Shown here: piece by piece, positions 1 to 15,221 of the stretch
Layout of the letters: each line of letters begins with the position of its first letter
Numbering within the stretch: the first letter of the stretch is position 1
Source of the DNA: Blastocystis sp. Blastoise
Lineage: Eukaryota; Protista; Bigyra: Opalinata
Assembly (NCBI GenBank): GCA_039096225.1
Contig: JBBPEB010000007.1
Coordinates: forward strand, 372,001-436,000
Direction: 5' to 3'
DNA: 64,000 nucleotides
Program-made: the position numbers and the translations under genes
The notes under the pieces: model-generated
What the model was told of the DNA's origin: nothing
Database searches by the model: none
Seen by the model: the letters and a program-made list of their open reading frames with translations, nothing else

Positions 1-37
<37 letters not shown>

Positions 38-3000
38 TTCAGCATGACCTAATAGGTCTGAACAATTTGTTTCATTATTAATCTGTATACATATTAATTT
101 TTTATTTAATAATTTTGATAAATTTTGAATAACAAAGCTTTTTCCTGAAGGCGAAGAACCATAAATAATAATAGAACGTGATGATGAATATGCTAATATA
201 ATTTCATAAGCTAAAAATAATTCTGATTGTGTAAACTGTATATATTGTGTATTAAAATAATTAGATTGAATAGAAATATCATATGAAGATGAAAATATGA
301 TTAATTTTTTTATAGAATCATATTGAATAGATATTTGATTATTGTTATTATTCATTCCTAAATATTCATCTAATTCTATTCGATCTTCTTTCTTATATTT
401 ACATGCTATACTTAACCATAAAGCTATTTGTATATAACAATTTGATTTTTTATATATATCAATAGCTTTTAATATATCTCTTAATGTAAAGAATGTCCTT
501 GTTTGTTCACCTATTAATATACTTTGTAATAAAATATATTCTAATTTTTGTATAAATTCTTTCTTTTCATTTTCATATTGATTTTCATTTATAGGTTTAA
601 AAAAAGGTAATATCATTTGTTTACTAATTTCAATTAATTCTGTACGACTAAATTGAATATCTTTAAAATATAATGAATAATGAATAATTGATTTTGGTAA
701 AAAACAACGACTTGAAGATAAATTTGCAGGATTTTGAGAAATAATACATAATATATGTGGAAGATTTTTAATAACAATATCACTTTCAGGAATATGAAAT
801 GGTTTATGATAATAACTACATGATAATAATATACTTATTTCATCAAGTAATTCTAAAGATGCTAAATTCAATTCATCAAATAATAAACCAATAGTATAAT
901 TACTATTTTTATTATTATTATTTGATTTATTATTATTCGATTTATTATTATTATATTTATAATATCTATTTGTATTTAATAATAATAATGTTAATTGTGT
1001 AGGAATAAATTCATTACTTTTATTTGATAAATTACGTTGTCCAAATATATTTGAAACTTCAATATTTTGTGCAAAATTATATCGTACATAGGGAATATGT
1101 AAATAATTAAAAAATTGTATAGTTAAATCTGATTTTCCTACTCCTGGATTTCCTTCTAATATTATACTATAATTAGGATCTCTAATAGATTTTAAATTAT
1201 TTATATTATTATTATTATTCGAATTATTATTAAAATTATTATTATCATTATTATTATTATCACTATCATTATCATTATAATTATCACTATTATCATTATT
1301 ATTAATATATTTTTTAGAAGATAAATAATAGCCAAAGAAAAGTGTACATATAATTTGATATGTAGTTTTCGTTGGAATTAAAGGTATATTATTAATTGTT
1401 TTTATATTATTAAAAAAGGATATAATATCATTAACAAGTGATGATACAAATAATTTATTTAATATATTCATATCAATTGTATAATATTCACTTGAATATA
1501 CTAATAATTGTTCTAATTCTTTTGAACATGGATATAATTGAAATAATTTATTACGTTGATTACGATCTTCTTGTATATATAATAAATAAAATAAAGCATC
1601 ATTATAATTATTTTTAAATAATGGATATAAATATTCTGATAAGGATAATAAAGAAAATGATATATTTTTTGTAGATATTAAATTATAATGAGGATATAAT
1701 TCAGTAGCTTCTTTTTCAGTATAATAAAAACAAGGTATATATAAAAAATAATCAGATAATTTTGTATTTATATAATCTTCTTCATTTATACTCCCTATAA
1801 AATGAATTTTATGTATATTTATAGTAGTATGTAAAGAAGAATCTTCATGTATACTATAATTATTATTTAAATAATAACTATCTAATAATGCATGTATTCT
1901 TGGTATTAATGTATCATTTAATAAATTAAAATGATCTAATAAAAATAATTGTTCTTTTAATAATGATAATGACATTGGACCAGGTTTAAAAAACATTAAT
2001 GAATGAATACATTGATTTTCTTTTTCTTTTATATTCATATACCATTTCTTATATCCATTATTTATTTGATTCTTATTATTTATTAATAAGGTATTATTTA
2101 TAGTATCTTCTTTATCATAAATATCTAATAAATTTTCTATTTCATTAATATTATATACAGTCATTTGACCTATTAAATAATCAATATTCATTGAACGTGA
2201 TAATTCTATTGTATTTAATTGTTGAAATAAACTAGATAAAAATGAATATTTATTCTCTTTTCCACCTAATAATATAGGAATCGATGAAAATATATTAATA
2301 AGATTATCTTTATTGGTATTGTTAGCTTTATCTATATTTTGATTAATATCTATATCTACATTTTTATCTATATCTACATTTTTATCTATATCTATATCTT
2401 TATTATTATTATTAACTAAGGATATAATTGAAAAACGGAATAATAATTGTAAAAACCAATTTTTATTATTTAATAATTTCTGATTAATAGAAATTAAAGG
2501 AATCTCAAATATAGAATTTGTTATATATAATTTATTATTTTTATTTATTATTTGTATAGAACTATCTAAATAATGTATTAATTCTTTTTTATAAATTTCA
2601 TGTTGATATATATTTTTAGATTCTTTTAAATCATTATTTTCTTTCATAATATTTAATGAATCACATAATACTTGTAATTGAACACTATTTTCAGATAGAG
2701 CTGAAGAAGGTTGAAATAAAGTAATAAGATGAATTAAATATATAGATAATTCTTGTGTTAATAAAAGTGATTTATTTATATAGGGAATAAGTTGAGTAAA
2801 TAATTGTTGATATATTAATAATAATTGAATACTATATAATTTATTAGAATATAATTCATATAAACATGGATATTGAAATAAATTATTTAATTCTTCTTTT
2901 TTAAATGGATTAATATATATTTTATTATAATAACTAGGAAATAATTCCATAATATTTATATTTTTTATTTCATTATATACAAGTATTATTCTAAAATAAG

Positions 3001-5110
3001 GAGAAATAGTATATACTTCATCCATACAATGAATACTATTATTCATAGGATCTATATATTCTTCTAAACATTGAATAAAATCTTCATTTAAATATTCTAT
3101 ATTTTCTAATATAAATATACGTCCTTCTATCATAGCATTTAATAAAGATCCTTTTCTATAACTAGTTTCTTCATTTTTATTATCTCCTAATGTATAATAA
3201 CCAATTAATTGAGATATTTCTGTTTCTGAAGATAAATAAAATATATCACATAATGATATTAATCCTGTAGATAATAATGTATTCTTTAATATATGTGATT
3301 TACCACAATTAAGAGGACCATATAATACAGTACAACGATTTTCTAATAAAGATATATAAAGAGTAGATAAATATTGTTGTCTTTGAATCATATAATGATT
3401 AAAATAAGGAAATAATTGTTTATTTATATAATTTTGATTTAAATTATCTAATATAGTTTCTAGAGAATAGGTTATAGACTGATTATTAGAATTACTTTCT
3501 TTAGAAATAGTTGTATAAGAATGATATAAAAACATCAATGATGAATAATATTTCTTTTGAATATAATAAGGAGAAGATGAATAATCATATAATGTATAAA
3601 TCATTTGTTTTTTATTATTATATAAAATTGGCATACAAAATAAATTCTCTATAGTATCTTGTTTTAATATATATGATGGATTTAATTCGATTTCTTTTTC
3701 TTCATTTAAAACAAGATGAATAAATCGATTACTTAATGCTGGTGAAAAATTATTTATTCCTAATAAAGAACATGTACCTATTGTACGGTAATTATTATCT
3801 ACATTTATAATTGGATTATTTTGACGTTCATCAAATCGAATAGTAGTTATTATCTTTTTTGATTTCTTTTCTTTTTTATTATTCTTATTAAAGAATGGAT
3901 TTGAAGGTTCCATTTGTAGTTCAAATACATTATTTAATCGTTCTAAACAATTTGATTTAATTTGATGTATAGATTGAAATACACAATACGAACCATTCAT
4001 TAAACTATTTATAAATGGACTATCATACCAAGTAGGAAGAAACTCATTATGTTTATTTTGTTTATTATTATTAGTGTCTTTATTATTATTATCAGCTTTA
4101 TTATCAACATTATTATCAACATTATTATCATTTTGTTTATTATCAACATTGTTATCATTTTGTTTATTATCAACATTATTATTATTTTGTTTATTATCAA
4201 CATTATTATTATTTTGTTTATTATCAACATTATTATTATTATTTGACCTTTTAAGAATGGTGCATCCAATTAATTGTTCCGATTGTACACCTTGATTACA
4301 ATATATAGTATTATAATTAATTCGATCTTCTTTTGATAAATTAGAATAATATTTCATATAATATAAATAAGCATAAACATATTTTCTAGCTGTAAATTCA
4401 TCTTTAGAAATAACAATAACGCTATTACCACTTGATAATATATATTGTATTTTATAAAAAAATTCAGACCATACATTTAAATCTAATGGAAACAAAGGAT
4501 ATATATTTATAAATGTATTTGTTATAGTAGTTGGTATATTTATAGAATCATGAAAATTATATACTATTTGAATAGCAGTTTGAATATCACAATGAATTGA
4601 TAATAATGATAATACTCTATTCATATCTCTTAATGTATAATAATGTTTTGTTTTTATACTATTATTATTATTATTATTATTATTATTTCTTTGAGTAATA
4701 CGAATAGCTTTTAATAATTCATTAACAATAGAACTATTATTATTACATTTATAACTAATAATAATTTTTTGTTCATCTTCTGTAATATTTGGAAATATAG
4801 ATTCATCTACTACTCTGAAATAATCTTTAATATGTTGATTAATCATAATACGTTTATATATAGAACCAGCAGGATTCTGTGTTGCTATTATACGAAAATT
4901 AGGATTCATAGGAAATGTAATATATTGTTGAATCATATTTATATATAAACTCTTATAATCCATTGAATGTAATAATGATTCTATAATAGATTCAGGTGCT
5001 AAGGACATTTCATCTAATAATAATATATATCCTTTTGTAAAAGCTTCTAAAAATGGTCCTGGCTTATAAACAAACTGACCTATTTTTGATGATATATTAT
5101 TATTATTTTG

Positions 5111-5164
<54 letters not shown>

Positions 5165-8100
5165 TTGTTTATAATTATTATTATTATTATTATATTGTGA
5201 TAATAATAGATCTCCATAAATATCTTCAAATGTAGTTGTAGGACTACAATTAACTCTTAATAAAGGTAATAAACTAGTATAGATAACTTCTTCAACACTA
5301 TATGTTTTACCACTTGATGTATCTCCTTCTATTAATAATGGAATATTATTATTTATACATTCATTTATATAATGTATACGTTTTTCACTATTTTCAGTTT
5401 TTATAAATAGAGGTAAAGAATCACGAATATGAACAGTTTTATAAGGAAGAATTGTATATTTTTCATAATTATAATAATAAGTTAACATAGGTTCATGAGA
5501 ATGTACAATTAAATAATCACCATTTATAGATATTCTTATTAATGAATTTGTTAAATATATATATTCATTATTTAATGAAGGAATAGGTTTTTCTGTATAT
5601 ATATCATAATTATAAATTTTAGTAATACAATAAAAATATATATCATTTTTATTCGTATCTTTATTAAATATATTCATATTATATTCATTTGATAAAAAAG
5701 GTAAATAAAAATGTGTTTGTAAATTAGATAAAGAAGTAGAAGAAAGAAAACCATAATAATTATTATATATAATAGAATCTAATCCATAATATAATGCAGA
5801 TGGTAATGAATTTATTATATTACCTTGTATATTAATATTATATATGAAATTATCTTTTGAAATAGTATATATAGATAATTCATCCATAGTTATAGACATA
5901 TTTATATTTAAATTTATATTATATATTAATAATGAAGGCTTATTATTAATATTATAAGGAGGTATAGATTGAAAAGGAATACAAGCAGATAAAGAAGAAT
6001 ATATAGGATAAATTTCTATATATAATAAATGTATAAAATATATTTATATAATAAATTTGTGAAAATATATATATATATATAATAAATATATATATAAAAC
6101 AATAAATACTATAAGTATCAAAAACATAATATTCATAATCTTTTATAAATTGTGATTGCTGATATTCTGGAAATTGACTATTATTTAACTATATATAAAT
6201 ATAAAGATATATATAAAAAATTAATAATAATATATATACGGTTATTTTAATATTTTCATGAATAGGTTGAATATAATAATGTATAAAATAACTAAGAAAA
6301 TCAATATATAATGTTAAATGATCCGAATTTACTATATATATAAATTAATAATCGAATTTAGATTATATATATACAATTAATATCTATTAATTCTAATGTA
6401 TAAAATATAGATTCTGTTTCAAGTATAAATGATGTATATGAATTGAATATATTGGTTAGTATATAATTCATAGGAAATAAGCTTACTATAAAATATATTA
6501 TTATAGTTTATATATATATATATATACATGGAAAATAAATAGTATATGGAATATAATAATTCTTTGATGAATAATCTAGTTTATATTCTATTGTTAACTC
6601 ATGTATAGAATCTATATATATATATATAATAATAATATTAATAATAAAATATTATATATATATATACCAGAGATAAATATTTTGTGTAATGGATTATTAA
6701 ATAATTGTTCACATAATTTTTGAAGATGACTAAGTGGTAAATAATCATTGTCATCTATATATATATTATATTATATTATATATATATAAGATTTTTTAGA
6801 AAAGAGTATATTTAAAAGAATAATCATAGAATCAAAAATTTATATAATAAATCATGATTATTATTATATATACAGGAAACAGATAAATGTCCTAAAGAAG
6901 GTATATTGTTATTATAATATAATAATGCTTTTCGTTTTTGTATTGTAGAATTATATAATGGTGATATTTGGTCCTTATTAACTATATATAAATGTAAACA
7001 TATACTATATATATATATATACAATATTTAAAATAATAGTATTTCGGATGAATGGAAGCATGAATTTTTGATAACTATATATATATATATTCAAATCATA
7101 ATATATTTACCGTAAAAACTTCAATAATATTATTATTTCTTTCTATTTCTTGTATTTCCTCTTTATATATTTGTTCAGTTATATATCTTCCTCTATATAA
7201 ACAAAGAACATCACTTGAAACATCTTTTGTTCTATTCTATATATAAACATATAAATAATTTATATAATTATAAAATATTTAAAAACTAAATATAACATAT
7301 AAATAAACATAATAATAAATAAAATAATATATATATACCCATAAATTCTTTATAAATTCTTTATAAGTATTAATACGAAGAAATGAAAAATTTTGTCGTT
7401 TTGATTCAGGTATATATGCAATATACATATTTACCGTCTATATATAATAGAATATTTATTATAATTTATAGAATATACATAATTTAAATCTTTTCTTAAC
7501 CTTTTAACACGATTTTTATTTCTATAAATAAATGATATATATATATTAATTATATACAATATAAAGATACTCATTTATTATTTTTGGCTTTCCAATAGAA
7601 TTTAATATATATTCTTTAGGAATTATTTCTATATATAATCATATAGAATCATATAGAATCATATATATTTATACTAGAGTTTTTTGTATATGAAAAAGAC
7701 ATTGAACGAATAAGATTTGAAAAAGATCTATATATATATAGTATTATATATATATATATATATACTCATGAATTCTCTGTTTTGGTATTTTATTATTATT
7801 ATTATTTTCACTATATATATATATAAAATACAATATATATACAATTTCTAATAAATATATACAATTGAATATTATGAGAATAAGGAAAAAGAAGATTATT
7901 TTGATTTATATTTGTTATATAGTTATTATCATCAATACATATTTGATCCTTATTATATCGACGACTTAATATATTCTTATCATAATCAGAGAACTAAATA
8001 TGAATATAATAAATTTATAGAATAATAAAAAATAATAAAAAATAATGAAAAAAAATTAAAAAAAAATTAAAAAAAATTAAAAAAAAAGTTAAAAAAAATT

Positions 8101-8689
8101 AAAAAAAAAGCTAAAACAATTACTTGACACTCAACACGAACAACATATATTTTACGATCTAAATTAGCATATGACGTTTTATCTGGTTTTATATAATCAT
8201 TAGTAACTCCATAATACAACTTATTAAAGCAATCTGAAAAACCAAACGATTCGAATATCTACATATATATTATATTATTAATTAATAAATGCATACATCA
8301 TCTACTGTATGGTATAAAGAAATATTTGTAAAAGAGTTATCGGTTAATGGAACAAAAACAGAAAAATAATGATCTTCTACAATGACGCGAAACTCTTTAT
8401 AACTAACGTAAAAAGAGTATGGCGTTTCTAAAGTATTTGGTTTCATCTTTATATTAGAAAAACCTTTTTGAAGAGGATCATTGGAGTTGAACACACGATG
8501 AGACATCTATAGTGGAATTAGATATTCTAATTTTATAGATCAGAGCAACAGGCATACAAGAATAGTTTTGGATTGTATGTATTCATTATTGCTATAAGAT
8601 TGTGATTGAGAAATTTCATATTTGAAAAGTGAATCGTTTATCGAATAATAAACAACAAACTTAGACTCGTTTGATTCAATGATATCCAT
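1..8689 (-). CDS. MDN1: Midasin/Rea1-like hexa-AAA+ ATPase, 5' portion (continues beyond window start); many small 5' exons plus one giant exon 1-6015
   Basis: Manual minus-strand translation gives LIEGDTSSGKTY (~5305-5335), LRVNCSPTTTFEDIYG, FVYKPGPFLEAFTKGYILLLDEMSLAPE, NFRIIATQNPAG, NFSPALSNRF, YGPLNCGKS (~3300), FFKPGPMSLSLLKEQLFLLDH, IILEGNPGVGKS (~1130-1160), LLFDELNLAS and YGSSPSGKS (~140). These are tandem midasin-type AAA modules. The ORF track probably missed it because it is open at the window edge. Attachment of the 6016-8689 small exons (ATG at 8689) is inferred from GT..AG introns. Confidence 0.8.
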
Positions 8690-9166
8690 GGAAAACAATG
8701 GTTCCTAAGATATATAAGAAGCAAAAGAGTTTTTAATGATTATCATTTCTGAATATGCTCAAAAAGTCATTATTATCATGAAAATAATTGGTTTATTAAT
8801 ATTTATTGTGTTTTTATTGTAATTCTTATTTAAATCACAATTTAGAAAACTTTCAATATCATGCTTTACTAGAGAACATCAAAATACTTGTATTTTAGAT
8901 AGTTTTAAATAAATATCGTGAAATTTGTGAAAATGTCATTCTTGGTATGGATCTTTGGATCATTTGAATCAATAGATATTATCTTTTTAATGTTTTTTCT
9001 TTGATTATTATCAATAAAATATAAATTATTTCGTAAACTTTCCGAAAAATACAGAATAATTCTTATTTTTGAAAATTTCGATTCTTGCGAATCATTTAGT
9101 TAAATTCCCCTAATTATTTTTGCCAATTATTATTTTTTATTTTAAGTAATTGGTAGACTATAAAGA

Positions 9167-10154
9167 ATGCCATTTAAAGATCGATGCTTTTATTGTTCTT
9201 GGTTAATTATCATTATTATGATGGTCATTAACGTATATATTTTTTCATTGATTATTTTTATCATAATTCTCTATGTTGAAATATTCTAACATAATTCTTA
9301 TATAGTTATATATGGTATCCAAAGTATGTTTTAACACACCAATTGAATCATTGTATAATTTATTTGTTAGACCGATTTCTTAGAACCTTCAAAGAAATCT
9401 ATTAATTTTTCATATGAATACTTTAAAGAATTGCTTTCTTTCAGCAAAGAGAATATTTCTATTTACAAAAAGAATAATTGTATGATACATTTTATGTAAT
9501 AGTTGTTTTATAATAGTTGTTTTTATCATATAAAGTGAAATAATTTTATTTAATAAATATATAGTAGTTTATATGTCTCAACCAGTAGAAAAAGAAGCAA
9601 ATGAAGATATTTCTGAGACTAATTCTATAGAATCAATTGAATCTTCAACTACTATTATGAAAGAGAATAAAATAAATACACATTTAAAACAATCTGAACC
9701 TATTGAAAATGATATGATAATAGAAAATAATAATAAAGAAGAAGAATATAAAAAGTAAAAAAATTTTGTTTTATTTTTATACATTAATTTATTATACTCT
9801 ATAGTGAACATGAATATTTATTAGTTATCTGTACAACATTAATAGATACAAATGTATAATTATTATATATATTTTATTTATTATTATTATTATATATATA
9901 TATTATTTTTTTTTTATTATTATTAATATATATATGCAGGTTGAAAGAAAAATTCAAGTACAAAAGAATGCTATTTATACTTGGTCATTAATGAAACCTA
10001 AAGTAAAATTAATTATATTTACTCAAAGTGAGTATTGGCAAAAATATTGTAATGAAACTGGTGTTACTTATCATACTAAACAAAAGTATATTATATATAT
10101 ATATATATTTTATTATTTTTTGGTTTTTGGTTTTTTTTATTATTTATTATTTAA

Positions 10155-10187
<33 letters not shown>

Positions 10188-10910
10188 TTTAATCGATATG
10201 GTACTCCATATTTTAGTTCTATGATAGGTATTATAGAACAAACATATGATTCTATGTTTTATGGATATATTAATGGAGATATACTTGTATCTCAAGATAT
10301 TATTACTATTATGGAACAATTAACATGTAAAATATATAAGAAAGAATTAAAAGAAAAAGTATATTTAGTTATTATTATGTTTATATTTATATTATTTTTT
10401 TATATTTATTTATAATTCTATATATTTATAATTCTATTTATATTTATTAAAAATATTCTATAGGTAATGTTAATGGGAAGACGATATAACCGTGATTCTT
10501 ATTTTGATATAGATATAGGTACTACTAAAGATTCTATAGAATTATTTATTGATAATACAACTTATCTTAATGAACAATTTATTACAGTGTCTATTGTATA
10601 TATATATATATTATTTATTAATAATTCTTTTATTATTTTTTACATTACAATATATATATTATTTATTATTATTTATTATAATATTAATAGTAGTATATAT
10701 AACTTTATTTTATAGGATTATTTTATATTTACAAAACCTACATTAAATTTACGTTTATTAAAACCAATTGTAGTAGGACGTAATTTTATTGATGGTTATT
10801 TTGTCAATTTATGTTATCATGATAAATCAATGGATTTTATTGATTTATCAAATGCTTGTATATAGAATTATTATTATTATTATTATAAATATTATTATTA
10901 TAATTATAAA

Positions 10911-10942
<32 letters not shown>

Positions 10943-10946
10943 GGTT

Positions 10947-10984
<38 letters not shown>

Positions 10985-12317
10985 ACATATTAATATAATT
11001 ATTATATAGTAAAAATAGTACATCAGAATGATAAGAAAGGTACATTTGCTGGTGAACAGAATAAAGATGGTTTTTGGAATAAACAAAAAGTAGGTAAAGA
11101 ATTATTAGATCATGAAAGTATAAGACATGCAGATTGGTTTATGTGTATATTTTTATTTTTATTTTTATTTTTATTTTTATTTTTATTTTTATTTTTATTT
11201 TTATTTTTATTTTTATTTTTATTTTTATTTTTATTTTTATTTTTATTTATATATAGTATATTACACAATAAATTCATATTTATTATAATAAAAAATTATA
11301 TATATATATATAGATAAATATAATGATGGTACATATAAGCTTCTTCCTTGGACATTATATGATGATGAATATACGCAAGAAGAAATGAATTTTCTTTCTA
11401 AATATATCCATAAAACAGATAGTATATATTTATATAGTTTATGTTCTTATAATAATATTATTTAAGAATAATAATGTTTTTTTATATTATGATTATTTAT
11501 TTAGATGTATTATCTTATAATTATGGTTATTCTGAAGGTAAACTTGGACAATTTGCAAAATATATACTTAATTTTCATTATGATGTTTGGTATTTGTATG
11601 TAATTTATTATATATATATGATATTATTATTATATTTTAAATATTATATATATATAGTAGAGAATCAAATGGTGATAAAACAATTGATAATGCAGATCGT
11701 GATAAGAAAATCCCAGAGTATATATATATTATTATTATTATTATTATTTAAAATATATAATAACATATATATAGTGTATTTAATAAGAAATTAGAGGGTA
11801 TGTGCCAACGTTATCGTCTTTATTATAAATATGTTTTCGAAAAGAAATACATAAAAGAACATAAATTACCTCAATTTAATATATATTTATTAGATAGTGT
11901 TTGTACTATTCATATTTTACAAGAAATATCCTTTTTATAGTCTATTATATTAATTCTATTCTATTCTATTAATTCTATTATATCTATTCTATTCTATTCT
12001 ACTATAAAAATTCTATTAATTCTATTAATTCTATTTTATTATATATCCTTAATAAATTGACATTTATTCAATAACTCCTGAAAATGCATTATTTATTGTT
12101 AAAGGATTAAATACTGATAAATTCCGCGGTTATAAACCTATTATTAGTGAAGGATATGAACTTATCGATAGGTATCTATATTTTTTTTTTCTTATTATTA
12201 TTATATGTATATATATTATTATTAATTAATAGTTTACCTGCATCTGATCATAATATATTTGAATGGGCAGTATATAAGAAGAAACCTACAAATATTATAT
12301 CTCAATTACCTTTATAA
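9167..12317 (+). CDS. Multi-exon type II membrane protein, putative glycosyltransferase-like
   Basis: ATG 9167 gives MPFKDRCFYCSWLIIIIMMVIN (signal anchor), followed by a stem region and the motifs FYGYINGDILV, LMGRRYN, DYFIF, VVGRNFIDG and HQND. The last exon ends ...IISQLPL-TAA at 12317. Introns are GTAT..TAG. Confidence 0.55.
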
Positions 12318-13028
12318 AGCATTAAACAAAATATTTATATATATAAAGAAATATTTCTATAATATTTTTTGTTTTCTTTATTATTATATCTATTTATATA
12401 TTCATTTTATATTCTTATTATTATTTTTTTTGAAGGTGATACATATTATAAATGAATGTATCAAATATATCTATTTTTTTCTTCGTTTATAAATATAAAT
12501 ATATCTTTGTATTCAAATTATATATATATACTAGGATATTTTTTCTTATTTATCATTCTTGTTTAAATGTATTTAATACTATTGTTAACTTATTAGCCTA
12601 ACAGCATGAAATTGTTTTCATTTTTTTTTAATTTTTTGTATCATATAATCTATTAATTATCATTACTAAAATAAATAATTTATATTATATTGATGAAAAT
12701 CCCTTCTAACGTTATTAGACAGAATTATTATGTGAAAATTATCATAAAATTTTAACAAAACATTTATTTATGACAATATATCAATATATTTTATATTTAT
12801 AGAAATTAAGTATAAAAAGGAGAGTTTCTTTGCATGACCTTTATTTTTAAAACGAGAAAATACTCTCATACTGAATATATCATTTCCAGTACTATTAATT
12901 TAAACAATAATTTATATATATATAGAATTAATAGGAACCTTAATGCATATTAAAAAGTCACATAAAAAAATAATAATTATATATTACATAATAAAGATAT
13001 AAAAAATATATAGATACTAGCAAAGTTA

Positions 13029-14110
13029 TTAAAAACTTTCGATTCTATAATCTACATGATTCTGTTGAATAAATGACGAATCGCTCAACTGTTGTTCATA
13101 TATATCACGTTTTTGTTGAAGAACATAATAGTCTATATGATATAGTATGGATATATATAACTATACATACTAACGTAAAAAATAAACTCTCTTAATTTAG
13201 GAATTTTTCCAGTAATAATAAAATTGATAAATTTTGGTATTTGTTTCTCATCATAAAAAACTATATAAGCAAAGTATAACTTAACATACTACTATATGCA
13301 TACAGATTTCTATATATTTTAAATTTTGAGTTTTATTATTGTTTATATAATCAAACAATATTTCTAGTTCATATTTACTCATCTTTACATCTACATATAT
13401 AAATGTATAACACTTTTAATATATATATATATATACTATCATTACCAATAACTGTATCGATAAATGAATTATCATCATATTTACATCGAAGAATAGAAGT
13501 CATACGATTATAAATAAAATCATCAAAACCATAAGAAGAAATATCCTCTAAAGAATTATAATATTAATTAGTATAAGTATGATTATGAATACGAACATAC
13601 CACATAGTCTAAGAATGCTTATTGTTGGAAAGTTATTATTATGAATATATTTAAATTGTTTTTCTATAAAAGATTTATACCATGTGTCAACTCTGTATAT
13701 ACCTATATATGTATATATATATATAATATTTAATAAATATAATTATTAGATACTAAAAATGTATATATAAATCATATTTTATAACATAATTAAAAAGATT
13801 TTTTATGAATATATACACAAATTAATAGATTTTAATTGAGGGAAATTATTTGTAGTATATAATTTGCAAAAGTTATTATTGGGTATACTTGAAAAAACTA
13901 AATTAATATTAATATAAAAAATAAAATGAAATGTATAATGTATATAATAATTACTTAAAAAAAAATTATCTTAACATATATATATACAAAAATTTAATTC
14001 AGTTGTATTATGGAAATAACCTTCACGAATTAATTGGTTAATGAAATGTATAGTGAAATCTGATAATAATAATAATTAAATTCATAAAATAATTATCATT
14101 AAGTAGAATA

Positions 14111-14177
<67 letters not shown>

Positions 14178-15163
14178 TCTATAGTAACAATGGAAGACTT
14201 CGAAATTAATTTCTTTATTATGTTTTTAAATATAGGAAAACATTCAGATGTTATTTCTTTTTTATGAGAATATACTATAATCATAGTTACATATTTAAAA
14301 ATAAATATACATCTAATTGTAATTTTATGAATAGTATTAAATTTATTATCGTTAAAGAGACTTGATACCCAATTTAAATAATCTTTAGTCATATTACCAT
14401 CAACTATAATATTATAATAGTAATAATACTATACATATATACATTTAATAGTTAAATCATTCAAATTTTGTAATACACTACTCTTTAAAAATCTTTCTAA
14501 TGAATTTCTAACATCACTTTGATTTGAATTATTATTCTCTTCTTCATAATCTATAGAGCAATCAAAACTAGTATTAGAATTATATATCAATAAATATTTA
14601 TTTAATAGAAATGAATACTATTGAATTCAATATTTAAACAATCAATGTTTTGTTTATAGCTGGTAAAATAATCTAATTTTTTGATATTTTCAGATTTATA
14701 AGTATCAACTGTATAAGATATAATATATATACTATTTATAATAACACACTAAAAATGATAATAATTAAATATTTTATACTATATAGTTCGTTAATGGAAA
14801 TAAGATCTTTCTCCAATAATTCTTTTAAGTGTGGAAAATAGTAAATTAACCAATCTATAACTATATATATATAAAATATATAACTAATTACATATGTATT
14901 CTATGTTATTAAATATATATATATATATATATATACCAATTCCATCAATATGAATTGAATAATTATAAACTAAATCATTAAAAAATGAAGCTTTTTCCTC
15001 TTCCGGATCAAAGATAAATTTATGAATATGAATTGTATCAATCATTGATATTAAATCCATCGGAAATAATAACTCAAAATTATCAATAAGCATAGAAGCT
15101 TCATAGTTGATAATATGCAGTTTTGGAAAACATTTTTTCTTTATTGAAGTTAATGTGAATTCT

Positions 15164-15221
<58 letters not shown>

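Noticed and set aside
4009-5235. Short Ile/Leu/Tyr-rich ORFs here and throughout the window
   Set aside because: They are alternative-frame or antisense translations of poly-Asn codons and intronic (AT)n/(ATT)n microsatellites.
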